Source: Heterodontus francisci (taxonomy: Eukaryota). From it: 64,000 nt of DNA. Of this stretch, positions 1 to 10,983 are shown piece by piece (the stretch's first letter is position 1; each line of letters begins with the position of its first letter). Position numbers and translations under genes: made by a program. The notes beneath the pieces are model-generated. The model did no database searches. It worked only from the letters and a program-made list of their open reading frames with translations, and was not told the origin of the DNA. Location of the stretch: NCBI RefSeq assembly GCF_036365525.1, contig NW_027140807.1, positions 1,550,001 to 1,614,000 of the forward strand. The letters are read 5' to 3'.

Positions 1-247
1 AGGGACATTGTCTCTATCGTTACAAACAAGAAGAGGTAGAAGTGGGCAGAGAGAGAGAGAGAGAGAGAGCGCTGGGGACCAGTTAGAGGCAGAGAGGCAG
101 AGATAAAGGCAAAGAGAGAGAGAGAGAGAGAATGAGAGACAGAGAAAGAAATATAGAGGGAGAAGGAGAGAGACAAAGACAGACAGAGACTGAGAAGCAG
201 AGACACATGTACATCATTGTAACCTCACAGTTCAGACACCTCCTTAC

Positions 248-290
248 CCGTTAACACCAACAACACAACCCAGAGCTGAGAGACAGCCAT
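248..290 (-). CDS. TRBV: V1: TRBV leader exon only (MAVSQLWVVLLVLT); V exon lies left of the window
   Basis: ATG at 290, 43-nt hydrophobic exon, GTAAGG donor; near-identical to the V14 leader at 40023-40065. Confidence 0.85.
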
Positions 291-1569
291 CTCTGGAGGG
301 TAAAGGATCCGTGTGGTTTTATATGAAGTGACTGAGCACTTTTATTGTAGAGTATCTCAAAGTTCTGGGCACTGACTGAAATTCACAGCTTCCCTCTCCA
401 TCACTTTATCATACAGATAGGCGGGACCCAGTTTTCTTTCATTTCCGGGGAGGGACCAATGTTAGACTCCTGGTAATCGCTTTCTGGAACTGCAATTCTG
501 TTTCATTGACATCTGCAGCCCGATCATTCGGAGCCCTGTCCAAATATGTGCACACAGTACTCCAGGTGTGTTCTCACCAAGACCCAATACAAGTGTAATA
601 CGACTTCCTTATTCTTGTACTCCCATCCCCCATGAAACAAAGACCAACATGCCTGTAATTCAACAGAAGCACTTCATTGGCTGTCGAACTCCTTGGGAAG
701 TTCCAGATCGGCTTTCCAACTTTCTCCTCTCTTTCAGATACTGACGTTGACTATATAGAATTGCAGACAATATAGAACACAGCATCAGGTGAACGGATCT
801 ATACAGGTGTTAATGTTCCACAGATACATCCTTTCATCCCTCTTTATCTCAACCTCTCAGCATCTCCTGTCAGTCCTTTCTGCCTCGTATGTCTACTGGT
901 TTCCCACTGAATACTATTTACCTCCACCACTGCCTGTGGTGGTGAGTTCCCCATTCTCACCAATCTCTGGGGAATGAAGTTTGTCCTGAATTCACGTTTG
1001 GATTTTTAGTGAGTATCTTATGCCTTATAATTCTGGTCTTTAGCCTCAAGTGAAAATATCTTCTCTACGTCTATCCTATCAAACCTATTAATAATATTAA
1101 AGACTTCTTATCTGGGCACCCCTCATTTCTAGAGAAGAACCCCAGCCTGTTCGATCTTTACTGCTATGTATAATTATACCGTGATCTAAATGTGGCCTAA
1201 CCAATGTATATAGACGCCAGAACTGTGCATAGTGCTCCAGTTGTGATCTAACCAATGTATAATGAGAGCGGAACAGTGCACAGTTCTCCAAATGAAGTCG
1301 AACCAAGGTATGAGGAGACCTGAAATGTTGACAGTGCACCCAGTGTGTTTTAACCAAGGAGGTTGGAGGCCAAACATGTGCAAATTCCAATTTTGGAACC
1401 CAGGTACATGAAGATAAAACTGTGGATGAGGCCCTGCTCTCTGAGTTCTTGGAAAAATTCCGTGAGTTTGAAGTCAGTCTGTGTGTGGTTCTTTGTCTAG
1501 ACAGTGGATAGCTCTGAACTGCTTTGTCCCATCAGTCACTTTACATAAATACACCTCCACATTGACCTT

Positions 1570-2180
1570 ACCTTGGAGATCCTACAGTAGACACCTCAAG
1601 GCACAGGAGAAGTAACACCAGAGGTGCCTCCGCATTAACCTCCAAATCCAGTGGCAAGACAGGTAGTCCAACAGCATCGTCCTCTCCCAAACCAACCTGT
1701 CTAGTGTCAGGGCGCGAATCACCCAAAACCAGCTCCACTGGCTGGGACATGTCATTCACATTCCTGCCACCAGACTCCCCAAAGCAGCAGTTCTACTCAG
1801 AACTTAGCCGTGTCAGGAGACTCCCAGGAGGACAGCGGAAACGCTTGAGAGATGTCCTCACAGGATCCCTGGAGAGATGAAACATCCGCGTCGACTCCTT
1901 GGAGACCCTGGCTCCTGAACATCCCAGACGGAGGAAGGACAAACGGGAAGGCATCGGACACCACGAGGAACTTAAGGAACATGCAGAGGTAAGGCCGAGG
2001 CATCGGAGGGAGCGCACAAACCTGCAAACTACTCACCTGCCTGATCCTACAAGCACCACCTGCACCTCATGTGACAGAGTCTGCAGATCATACACTGAAC
2101 TCATCAGCCATCTCAGAACCCATTGAACCGGAATGGAAGCAAGTCATCCTCAATCCCGGGGAACTGCCTAAGAAGGTGAA
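1570..2180 (+). mobile_element. RTE-clade LINE 3' fragment, degenerate (copy at ~41345-41950)
   Basis: Translates piecewise as WQDR..QLHWLGHV..RLPK..YSEL..GGQRKR..C..C..R...LISHLRTH, typical of the RTE ORF C-terminus. Confidence 0.7.
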
Positions 2181-2820
2181 CTCTCTCCAGCTTCCGGGTT
2201 AATTTATTATTTTGCAATGTTCTGCAAAAGCGAACCCGCTCTTAAAACCTCAACATACTGAGTTTCACCTCATCAATGAACAGACCTGATTAATACAGCC
2301 CCTCCACCGGCGGGTTGTGGATATCACAACATGTCAGTGTGAAGCCTTCTGTTCTGAAAACTGTCTCTCACTTGATCACATGAAGTGAGCACCAGATCTC
2401 ACGTTATTCCACCTGGAAACAGGGAGCATGTGGGAAAAATGTTACTTTACACTTGGCACGATAGATGTGGGAATTGTGCTAAAGTCACGATGGAAATTCA
2501 GGCTCTCTCCTAGTTTCCTACAAACACCTGGGACAATGTAATTGTAAAATGGAACCTGGAAATCTACAAATTGGCATTTGGGCGCAAATATTCCAAGGTT
2601 GGAATGATATAAATGTCACTTAATGCCCCCAAAACGATCAGACTAAAAGCTCATCTATCTCATCTATCATTGAGTTTTTTTTTTTCATTGCCGGAATATT
2701 TTGTGTGAAATAGTTGAGAAGTGAAACATTTCAGAAGCAGCCAAGTTGACCTGTGGAGCTGCTGTGGGGAAGCTTACTCTGTCTGAGCATGTTCTTGGCA
2801 GCGGCAACAGTGGAGTAACA

Positions 2821-2851
2821 CTGGCACCTAGTGGCTCCAGGTGCAACTGCA
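2821..2851 (-). promoter_or_regulatory. Candidate CTCF site with upstream module (copy at 42603-42633)
   Basis: Minus strand TGCAGTTGC-N8-CCACTAGGTGCCAG. Confidence 0.6.
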
Positions 2852-4213
2852 AGCACTGATTCTGCAGGCCTTTCAGTGTCAGAAGCTGAACCTGTTTCTG
2901 TCATCAGTTATATTCTCCTACTCGACTCGTGTTGGCGCTTGTGGCACAGAACTAGATGGAAGTTAATGCACAGATCGGCGCATTTCGGCCCCACAGCTCT
3001 CTGCTTCACTCCAGCCTCAACCAGTCAAATACATTTTGAAGTGCAGTCACTGTTGTAATGCAGGGAAGGAGGCAGACAAGCTGCAAGATCAAGTGCAGGG
3101 TTATTCAGAAAGAACAGGGAGTGGGAGTAATTGGACAGGGAAGTGAATACCAGGGATCATAATTGGAAGATAGTCCTTTATAAAACCAATTGGAAATTCA
3201 GGAGGAGGTTCTTTAACCCAGGGAGCGGTGAGAATGTGGAATTACAGACCAAATAGAATGGGTTGAGGTCGAATAGAGACGATGCAGTTAAAGGGGAGCT
3301 GAATAAATGCATGAGTGAGAAAGTAATTGAAGAATCTGTTGATAGGGTAAGATGAAGAGAGATGGGAGGAGGTCGCTCTTTCAAACAGTTAGGCCAGGAT
3401 CGATGGGCTGAATGGCCTGGATTTATCCTGCATGATTCTATGATCCAATAAGACCCGTCAACCTGCTGCCTTGTTTCAGGGCCAAGACAGTTTCATTTCC
3501 CCCCTTCTGCTAAAAGGGAGTTAAAGGGTTAAGTTCTTCACCGCACTGAACTCCAGTCACTGTGAAAATTCTTCAAAAGACCCCGACAGACTGAGAGACA
3601 AGTGGATTAACAGTTTTGAACAGATGCTGAAGCCGCCGTCTGGAGGCAGGTGTTCCAGTCAGAGACGGATCTGGAGAGGTTTCTCGCCTTTGCACTGTAT
3701 GAATCATCAGAGACATGATTGAAGGTTCCAAGATCAACCATTTCCAATTTGTATGGACTTGTGTCCATTAGAGTAATGAGGGTAAGGGGAGATTTGAAAG
3801 ACGTGGTCAGAAGTGTCTTGATAGAGAAACTGTATCCAGAGGGTAGTATCTACTGTCAGGAGGGTCGATAAACCAGGGACCAAGAATTGAAGGTAATTGG
3901 GAAAGGAACCAGAGTGGGAGATGAGTGGAATCTTTCTCCTCAGTGAATTGTTATCATGTTGAGGGCACTGACTGAAAGGGCGGTGGAAGACCATCCAATA
4001 GTAACTTCCAGATGTCAATTGGAGAAATAGATGAAGGGAAGATTTATTAGTGCAATGGAGAACTAGTCAGTGAATGGGAACTAGTTAGACAACTCTATCA
4101 AAGAGCCAGTTCATTCAACAGTAGACATAGAAACTGACAGATAGTCAGAGTGATAGAATGACACCCCAGATAGACAGGTCTATCTCCCACAAGTGAGCTC
4201 TGTCAATGTTTAG

Positions 4214-4252
4214 AGTTTTTGCTGAAGTCCGGCGCCTTTCTGAGTCACTGTG
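4214..4252 (-). other. 23-RSS of V2
   Basis: CACAGTG-23-GCAAAAACT. Confidence 0.92.
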
Positions 4253-4774
4253 CAGACTCCATGCACAGTAATACACGGCTGATTGATTCGCCACAGGCTG
4301 GAGGACTCCAGGTAAAAATGGGTGTTGTCGGGTCTCCTGGCGGTGAAACCGTCCACCTCTCCGGAGGGGTTGACCGTTCTAGCAGCATAGGAATAGAAAA
4401 GGTTCTCGGGCTCACGGTCCAGATGCCATTGGTACCAGTAGAAAACAGAGCTAGCTGTTGCTTCAGTGTAAATACACTCGATCCTGACTGGAGAGCCTGG
4501 GGAATGGGATATGGAAGCGGGAGTCTGTTGGATCAACACGGCCCCCACATCTGCAAAACAGAGAGGGAGAGAGAGAGAGAAAGAGAGAGATTAACCCAGG
4601 GACAATGTCTATATCGTTATCAACAGAGAAAGAAATACAGAGGGAGAAGGAGAGAGACAAAGACAGACAGAGACTGAGAATCCGAGACACATCTACATCA
4701 TTGTAACCTCACAGTTCAGACACCTCCTTACCCGTTAACACCAACAACAGAACCCAGAGCTGAGACACAGCCAT
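4253..4774 (-). pseudogene. TRBV: V2: TRBV pseudogene (family A), 1-bp deletion in FR3
   Basis: Leader 4732-4774, V exon 4253-4550 (C..WYQW..). TGG-CG-AAT near 4290 vs TGG-GTG-AAT in paralog V15 puts YYCAWS out of frame. Confidence 0.85.
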
Positions 4775-5943
4775 CTCTGGAGGGTGAAGGATCCGTGTGG
4801 TTTTAAATGAAATGACTGAGCACTTTTATTGTAGAGTATCTCAAAGTTCTGGGAACTGACTGGAATTTACAGCTTCCGTCTCCATCATCTTCAACATTTT
4901 CCTAGGCGGAGCCAAGCTTTCTTTCTTTGTTCATGGGCTCCCCGAGGACTCGTCATTTCTGGGGAGGGACCAATGTTGGAGCCCCAGCTCATCGGTTTCT
5001 GGGCCTGCAGTTCTGTTTCATGTCTTTGAAAGTTGCAGAAAGGAAGGGAGTAAATGTGATGTAAACTATCTTCTGTGGTGGAGAGGTGATTAAATGGGCG
5101 GGTGTGTTGGTATCATCAATACCTTCAGTACTCCCCTGATCATAACCACATTCATCCTGACACCATCCTCACACTCATCATTACCATCTGAGGACACATT
5201 ACCACCCTCCTCCCGACCGCCATTATCTGTGTCAGCCTCACCCTCAGCAGCCTCATAACCATGAAAAGATGCTCACTCCACCATCATTATCAAGCTTGTT
5301 CACTTCCAATTGTATCTGAATGTATTCAGTGATGGGATGTGTGCATTGCTGGGAGGGTCATTTCAGAAAAGCTGAGATGTTACAAGAGTAAATGTTCACT
5401 ATCTTTCTTAAATATCCATCAGGACTCGGTAACAATGGAAGTGTTAAAGGTTAGACCAAGAGAGGGGGTGACAACTTAACTATTCCATAGATGCATTTTA
5501 CATGAAGTGGGAAGATCATGGATGAAATGGGAAACATTTCAATGTTTTTTGGATTGAATGAGCAGTGGTGTGGTCCATCATCGCACCCCTAACCTTCTGG
5601 ATTGGGCTCTGGGACTTTTGGTAACCTTGTCTTTTCCAATGAACAGCTTCTCCCACATCTCCACATAGCTGAAACCCCTCGTGCCCGGTCACCTCCTTCT
5701 AAATCTCCTTTGCACCCTCTCCATCCTCCCGACAATGTCATGTAAAGAAGTGGACACGCTACACCAGTTGAGGCCAAACCAGGCTTTTACTAAAGGGTTT
5801 AGCATCAATTTATTTCGTTTGTGTTGCATTCAAAATTGTGTGCGTTAATTCTGCTTAATCAGAAAAAATAGTATGAAACATGCATTTCAGTCCGAAATTT
5901 TTGGTCGGTGGATTTGTTTTGACTTACCTGCAGTTTGTTGGCA

Positions 5944-6160
5944 AAGAAAGAACAAAGAAAAAAGAAAATTACAGCACAGGAACAGGCCCTTCGGCCCTCC
6001 AAGCCTGCGCCGATCCAGATCCTCTACCTAAACATGTCGCCTATTTTCTAAGGGTCTGTATCTCTTTGCTTCCTGCCCATTCATGTATCTGTCTAGATAC
6101 ATCTTAAAAGACGCTATCGTGTTCGCATCTACCACCTCCGCTGGCAACGCGTTCCAGGCA
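5944..6160 (-). mobile_element. Short CR1 3'-end insertion absent from the duplicate block
   Basis: CR1-type 3' UTR (GGCCCTTCGGCCC) with an A-rich end on the + strand; GGCA at both junctions; empty site TTGGCACTAAAG near 45847-45858. Confidence 0.75.
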
Positions 6161-6259
6161 CTGAAGTGTCAGCCTTTTTATTGGCTCCAGTCTGTGGAGT
6201 GGCACCTCCTAACTCAGAGAGGAGAGTTTTACCCACTCAGATAGCACGTTGAGTCTTGA

Positions 6260-6828
6260 GTACCTCATCTCCTGATTCTACAAAGCTTTTCCACCATCTC
6301 CAAGGCACAAGTCAGAAGTGTGATGGAATACTCTCCACTTACCGGGATGAGTGCAGCTCCAACAACACTCAAGAAGCTCGACACCATCCAGGACAAAACA
6401 GCCCGCTTGATTGGCACCCTATCCACAAACATTCACTCCCTCCACCACAAACGCACTGTGGTAGCACTGTGGACTATATACAAAATGCACTGCAGCAACT
6501 CCCAAAGGCTCCTTCGACAACACCTTCCAAACCCGCGACCTCTGCCACCTAGAAGGACAAGGACAGCAGATGCATGGGAACACCACCACCTGCAAGTTCC
6601 CCTTCAAGTCACACACCATCCTGACTTGGAACTATATCGCCGTTCCTTCACTGTCGCTGGGTCAAAATCCTGGAACTCCCTTCCTTACGGGACTGTGGTT
6701 GTAACTACCCGACATGGACTGCAGTGGTTCAAGAAGGCAGCTCACCACCACCTTCTCAAGGGCAATTTAGGATGGATAGCAGATGCTGGCCCGGTCAGCG
6801 ATGCACACATCCCATCAAAGAATTTTTA
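6260..6828 (+). mobile_element. CR1/L2-group LINE 3' fragment (copy at ~45950-46510)
   Basis: KAQVRSVMEYSPL..TLKKLDTIQDKTARLI, a non-LTR RT C-terminal motif, followed by 3' UTR. Confidence 0.75.
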
Positions 6829-7209
6829 AAAATATGTAAATGACAGAAACTGTTTCTATAGGCAGAAGGCAACCCAGAGACATTGATTAAATATAACTGG
6901 CAGATGAATTAATGGGGAGAGGGGGGGAGAAGTGATGATTTATTTAAGCAGCGAGTTGTTATGATGTGGCGAGCACTGTCTGAAAGGGTGTTGGAAGCAG
7001 TTTGAACAAGAACGTTCAAAAGGCAATGGATTGTACACGTGAATGGAAACAATGTGCAGGGCTATGGGGAAGTAGCGGGGGGGGGGGTGGGGGGAAGAGC
7101 AATAACTGGACAGTTCTTTCAAATAAGCCAGTACGGGGAAGATGGGCCGAATGGTCTCCTTCTCTGCTGTTAACCAAGATGATTCCATGACCTGGTTGCA
7201 GAAATTGAG

Positions 7210-8335
7210 CAGTCAGTCTACTGCTGCCCCCTGTCGGTCGAAGATAAGCACTGAGATTCAATGTACTGCCGCCCCCTGTCGGTGGAAGATGAGCACTGAG
7301 ATTCAATGTACTGCCGCCCCCTGTCGGTGGAAGATGAGCACAGAGATTCAATCCACTGCTGCCCCCTGCCGGTGGATGATGAGCACTGAGATTCAATCCA
7401 CTGCTGCCCCCTGCTGGTGGAAGATGAGCACTGAGATTCAATCTACTGCTGCCCCCTGTCGGTCGAAGATAAGCACTGAGATTCAATGTACTGCCGCCCC
7501 CTGTCGGTGGAAGATGAGCACTGAGATTCAATGTACTGCCGCCCCCTGTCGGTGGAAGATGAGCACAAAGATTCAATCCACTGCTGCCCCCTGCCGGTGG
7601 ATGATGAGCACTGAGATTCAATCCACTGCTGCCCCCTGCTGGTGGAAGATGAGCACTGAGATTCAATCTACTGCTGCCCCCTGTCGGTGGAAGATGAGCA
7701 CTGAGATTCAATGTACTGCCGCCCCCTGTCGGTGGAAGATGAGCACAGAGATTCAATCCACTGCTGTCCTGTGCCGGGGGAAGATGAGCACTGAGATTCA
7801 GTGTACTGCCGCCCCCTGTCGGTGGAAGATGAGCACTGAGATTCAATGTACTGCCGCCCCCTGTCGGTGGAAGATGAGCACTGAGATTCAGTGTACTGCC
7901 GCCCCCTGTCGGTGGAAGATGAGCACAGAGATTCAATGTACTGCCGCCCCCTGTCGGTGGAATATGAGCACTGAGATTCAATGTACTGCCGCCCCCTGTC
8001 GGTGGAAGATGAGCACTGAGATTCAGTGTACTGCCGCCCCCTGTCGGTGGAAGATGAGCACAGAGATTCAATCCACTGCTGACCCCTGCCGGTGGATGAT
8101 GAGCACTGAGATTCAATCCACTGCTGCCCCCTGCTGGTGGAAGATGAGCACCGAGATTCAATCCACTGCTGCCCCCTGCCGGTGGATGATGAGCACTGAG
8201 ATTCAATCTACTGCTGCCCCCTGCCGGTGGAAGATGAGCACTGAGATTCAATCCACTGCTGCCCCCTGCCGGTGGATGATGAGCACTGAGATTCAATCTA
8301 CTGCTGCCCCCTGCCAGTGGAAGGTGAGCACTGAA
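7210..8335 (-). repeat. 45-bp minisatellite, 25 units, each with a CTCF-like core
   Basis: Unit GAGCACTGAGATTCAAT(C/G)(C/T)ACTGC(C/T)GCCCCCTG(C/T)CGGTGGA(A/T)GAT; the minus strand reads CC(A/G)(G/A)CAGGGGGC(A/G)G. Confidence 0.95.
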
Positions 8336-8354
8336 CTCCCGTTCATCCGCTGCA

Positions 8355-8393
8355 GGTTTTTGCAGCTGCGGATCCGCTTTCTCAAACACTGTG
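8355..8393 (-). other. 23-RSS of V3
   Basis: CACAGTG-23-GCAAAAACC. Confidence 0.92.
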
Positions 8394-8687
8394 CGATACT
8401 ACAAGCGCAGAAATAGACAGCGGTGTGAGATGGAGCGGCGTCTCTCAGTGCCAAAGTAAACAGTGTATCGCTGGCTCCGACTGCCTTAAATGACTCGGAC
8501 GTGTAATTGGTAACAGACCCTTCTGTAGCAGAATAGAACAGAGCTTCCAGTGCCCTGTCTGGATGTTGTCTGTACCAGTACATATAGGAATAGGCATTAT
8601 TGGTCAGCGTGCATCTGAGTGTTGTCGACTCTCCTGCTGCAATCGATAGGATAGAGGGCGACTGTTCCACATAGGAGGCGAGTATTC
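8394..8687 (-). pseudogene. TRBV: V3: TRBV (family B) intact V exon; leader exon and promoter deleted
   Basis: ORF SYVEQSP..C..WYRQ..YFCACSI with CAG acceptor. The junction at 9170/9171 joins sequence matching 10926 to sequence matching 11355, removing the leader seen in V4/V16/V17. Confidence 0.85.
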
Positions 8688-8835
8688 CTGTGGAATGGAA
8701 CATCGATTAGATTATTATTTCAGTCAATAATGGATTGGAGCAGGAGCTGCATTGCAAGAAAGAAAGGGCTTACATTAATATAGCGCCGTTCAGGACCTCC
8801 GGACATCAGAAAGTGCTTTGCAACAAATGCAGTTA

Positions 8836-9045
8836 CTCCGTCAGTACTGCCTATTCGACAGTGCAGCACTCCCTCAGTACTGCCTCTGCGACAGTGCAGC
8901 AGTCCCTCAGTACTGCCTCTGCGACAGTGCAGAACTCACTTAGTACTGCCTCTGCGACAGTGCAGCACTCCCTCAGTACTGCCTCTGTGACAGTGCAGCA
9001 CTCCCTCAGTACTGCCTCTGCGACAGTGCAGCACTCCCTCAGTCC
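8836..9045. repeat. 33-bp tandem repeat (~6 units) in the V3 intron remnant
   Basis: (CAGTACTGCCTCTGCGACAGTGCAGCACTCCCT)n. Confidence 0.9.
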
Positions 9046-10109
9046 TGACATGTGGTTTGTCAGCCTTGACTTTGAGCTGAAGTGTTCTGGAGTGAGACTC
9101 AGACACAGGAGTGTTCCGGACAGAATCACCGCTGACATTACAATACATTATTCGACACAGTTTCTGACTTGCTGTTGGTCTGGAGGCACATATAGGCCAG
9201 ACCGTGTAAGAACGGCATATTTCACTATGTTCACTATGGAGAAGGATGATGTCGGTGTAGATATCAGGGAGGGGGGTTGTGATATACTTGAACATATTAG
9301 CTTTTAAAGGGAGGAGTATTAGCTGTTTTAGTGGATAAGACCGCAGCCCGGATGAGACATATCCCAGGCTGTTATGTGAGGCAAGGGAGGAGATTTCAGG
9401 GCCTCTGACACAAATTTTCAATTCTCTCTGGCCACAGGAGTGGTCTCAGAGGACTGGAGGACAGCGAATGTTGTAACATTATTCAAGAAGGACACTTGTG
9501 CTCTTCTGAACTCGCTGTCAGGAGGCAGGTGTCCCAGAGATGAAGTTATCTGGAGAGGGATCTCGCCTTTGAACAGTGTGAAACAGCGTTCAGATGGTTA
9601 AGGGTTCCGAGCTGAGTTAGTTCCTGTTCATTGGGGGGTTGTTCGCCTCTGTGTAGTGAAGGTTAGAGGGAGATTAACCAGACTGGTACCAGGGATGTGG
9701 GAGTTCAATTACTGTGGAGAGACTGGAGAAGCTGGGGGTTTCTGCCCTTAGAGCAGAGAAGGTTAATGGTAGATGTGATACAGATGTTGAAGATCATAGA
9801 GGATTTTGATAGATAATTGATGACAAATCACATCTTCTACTGGTCAATATATAGAAAATCTATGAAAAGATGGTCATTCATTACATTACTGCAGTATGTT
9901 TAATTAGTTCATACAAACTGTAATTACCTAAAGATAGAGTTAGATAGATAGAGAGACAGAGAGATAGATAACCAGGTAGAGAGATAGATAGATAGAGAGA
10001 CAGAGAGATAAACAATCAGGTGGACAGATAGATATGAACAATAAGCTTCAATCTACTGCTGCCCCCTGCCAGTTGAAGATGAGCACTGAACTCCCGTTCA
10101 TCCGCTGCA

Positions 10110-10148
10110 GGTTTTTGCAGCTGCTGATCCGCTTTCTCAAACACTGTG
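10110..10148 (-). other. 23-RSS of V4
   Basis: CACAGTG-23-GCAAAAACC. Confidence 0.92.
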
Positions 10149-10983
10149 TGATACTACAAGCGCAGAAATAGACAGCGGTGTGAGATGGAGCGGCGTCTCT
10201 CAGTGCCAAAGTAAACAGTGTATTGCTGGCTCTGTCTGCCTTAAATGACTCGGACGTGTAATTGGTGACAGACCCTGTTCCAGCAGAATAGAACAGAGCT
10301 TCCAGTGCCCTGTCTGCTTGTTGTCTGTACCAGTACATTAATGTATAGCCAGTATTCTTCAGCGTGCATCTGAGTGCTGTCGACTCTCCGGCAGAAATCG
10401 ATAGGATAGAGGGTGACTGTTCCACATAGGAGGCGAGTATTCCTGTGGGACAGAACATCGATTAGATTATTATTTCAGTCAATAATGGATTGGAGCAGGG
10501 GCTGCAGTACAAGAAAGAGAGGGCTTACATTAATATATCGCCGTTCAGGACCTCAGGGCAACAGAAAGGGCTTTGCAACCAATGTAGTTACTCCCTCATT
10601 ACTGCCTCTGCGACAGTGCGGCAGTCCCTCAGTACTGCCTCTGCAACAGTGCAGCACTCCCTCAGTACTGCCTCTGCGACAGTGCAGCACTCCCTCAGTA
10701 CTGCATCTGCGACAGTGCAGTATTCCCTCAGTACTGCCTCTGCGACAGTGCAGCACACCCTCAGTACTGCCTCTGCGACAGTCCAGCACTCCCTCAGTCC
10801 TGACACCTGGGGTGTTAGTTTTGCCTTTGAGCTCAAGTGTTCTGGAGTGAGACTCTGACACAGCAGTGTTACGGAACAGAGTCACCGCTGACATTACAAT
10901 ACATTATTCGACACAGTTTCTGACTTTGACTTACGTGGGAAGAGTGCAGCCATCAAGATTAGACTGAGAACTTCATGCAACAT
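10149..10983 (-). CDS. TRBV: V4: TRBV (family B), apparently functional
   Basis: Leader 10935-10983 (MLHEVLSLILMAALFP, GTAAGT donor); V exon 10149-10442 open, ending YFCACSI. Confidence 0.9.
10590..10800. repeat. 33-bp tandem repeat (~6 units) in the V4 intron; 1 unit in V16, 3 in V17 (49645-49750)
   Basis: Same unit as 8836-9045. Confidence 0.9.

Noticed and set aside
7210-8335. CRISPR-like appearance of the array
   Set aside because: Head-to-tail repeats with no unique spacers, no cas genes, and a vertebrate context.
7016-8416. 457-aa and 424-aa repetitive ORFs on both strands
   Set aside because: By-product of a stop-free 45-bp (15-codon) unit. The paralog has only 4 units and there is no splice or promoter support.
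8836-9045. GACAGTG in the 33-bp repeat as cryptic heptamers
   Set aside because: Lacks the essential CAC and has no nonamer at 12 or 23 bp.
8735-9307. ORF with STASATVQHSL repeats
   Set aside because: Translation of the intronic 33-bp VNTR running into a CR1 fragment.
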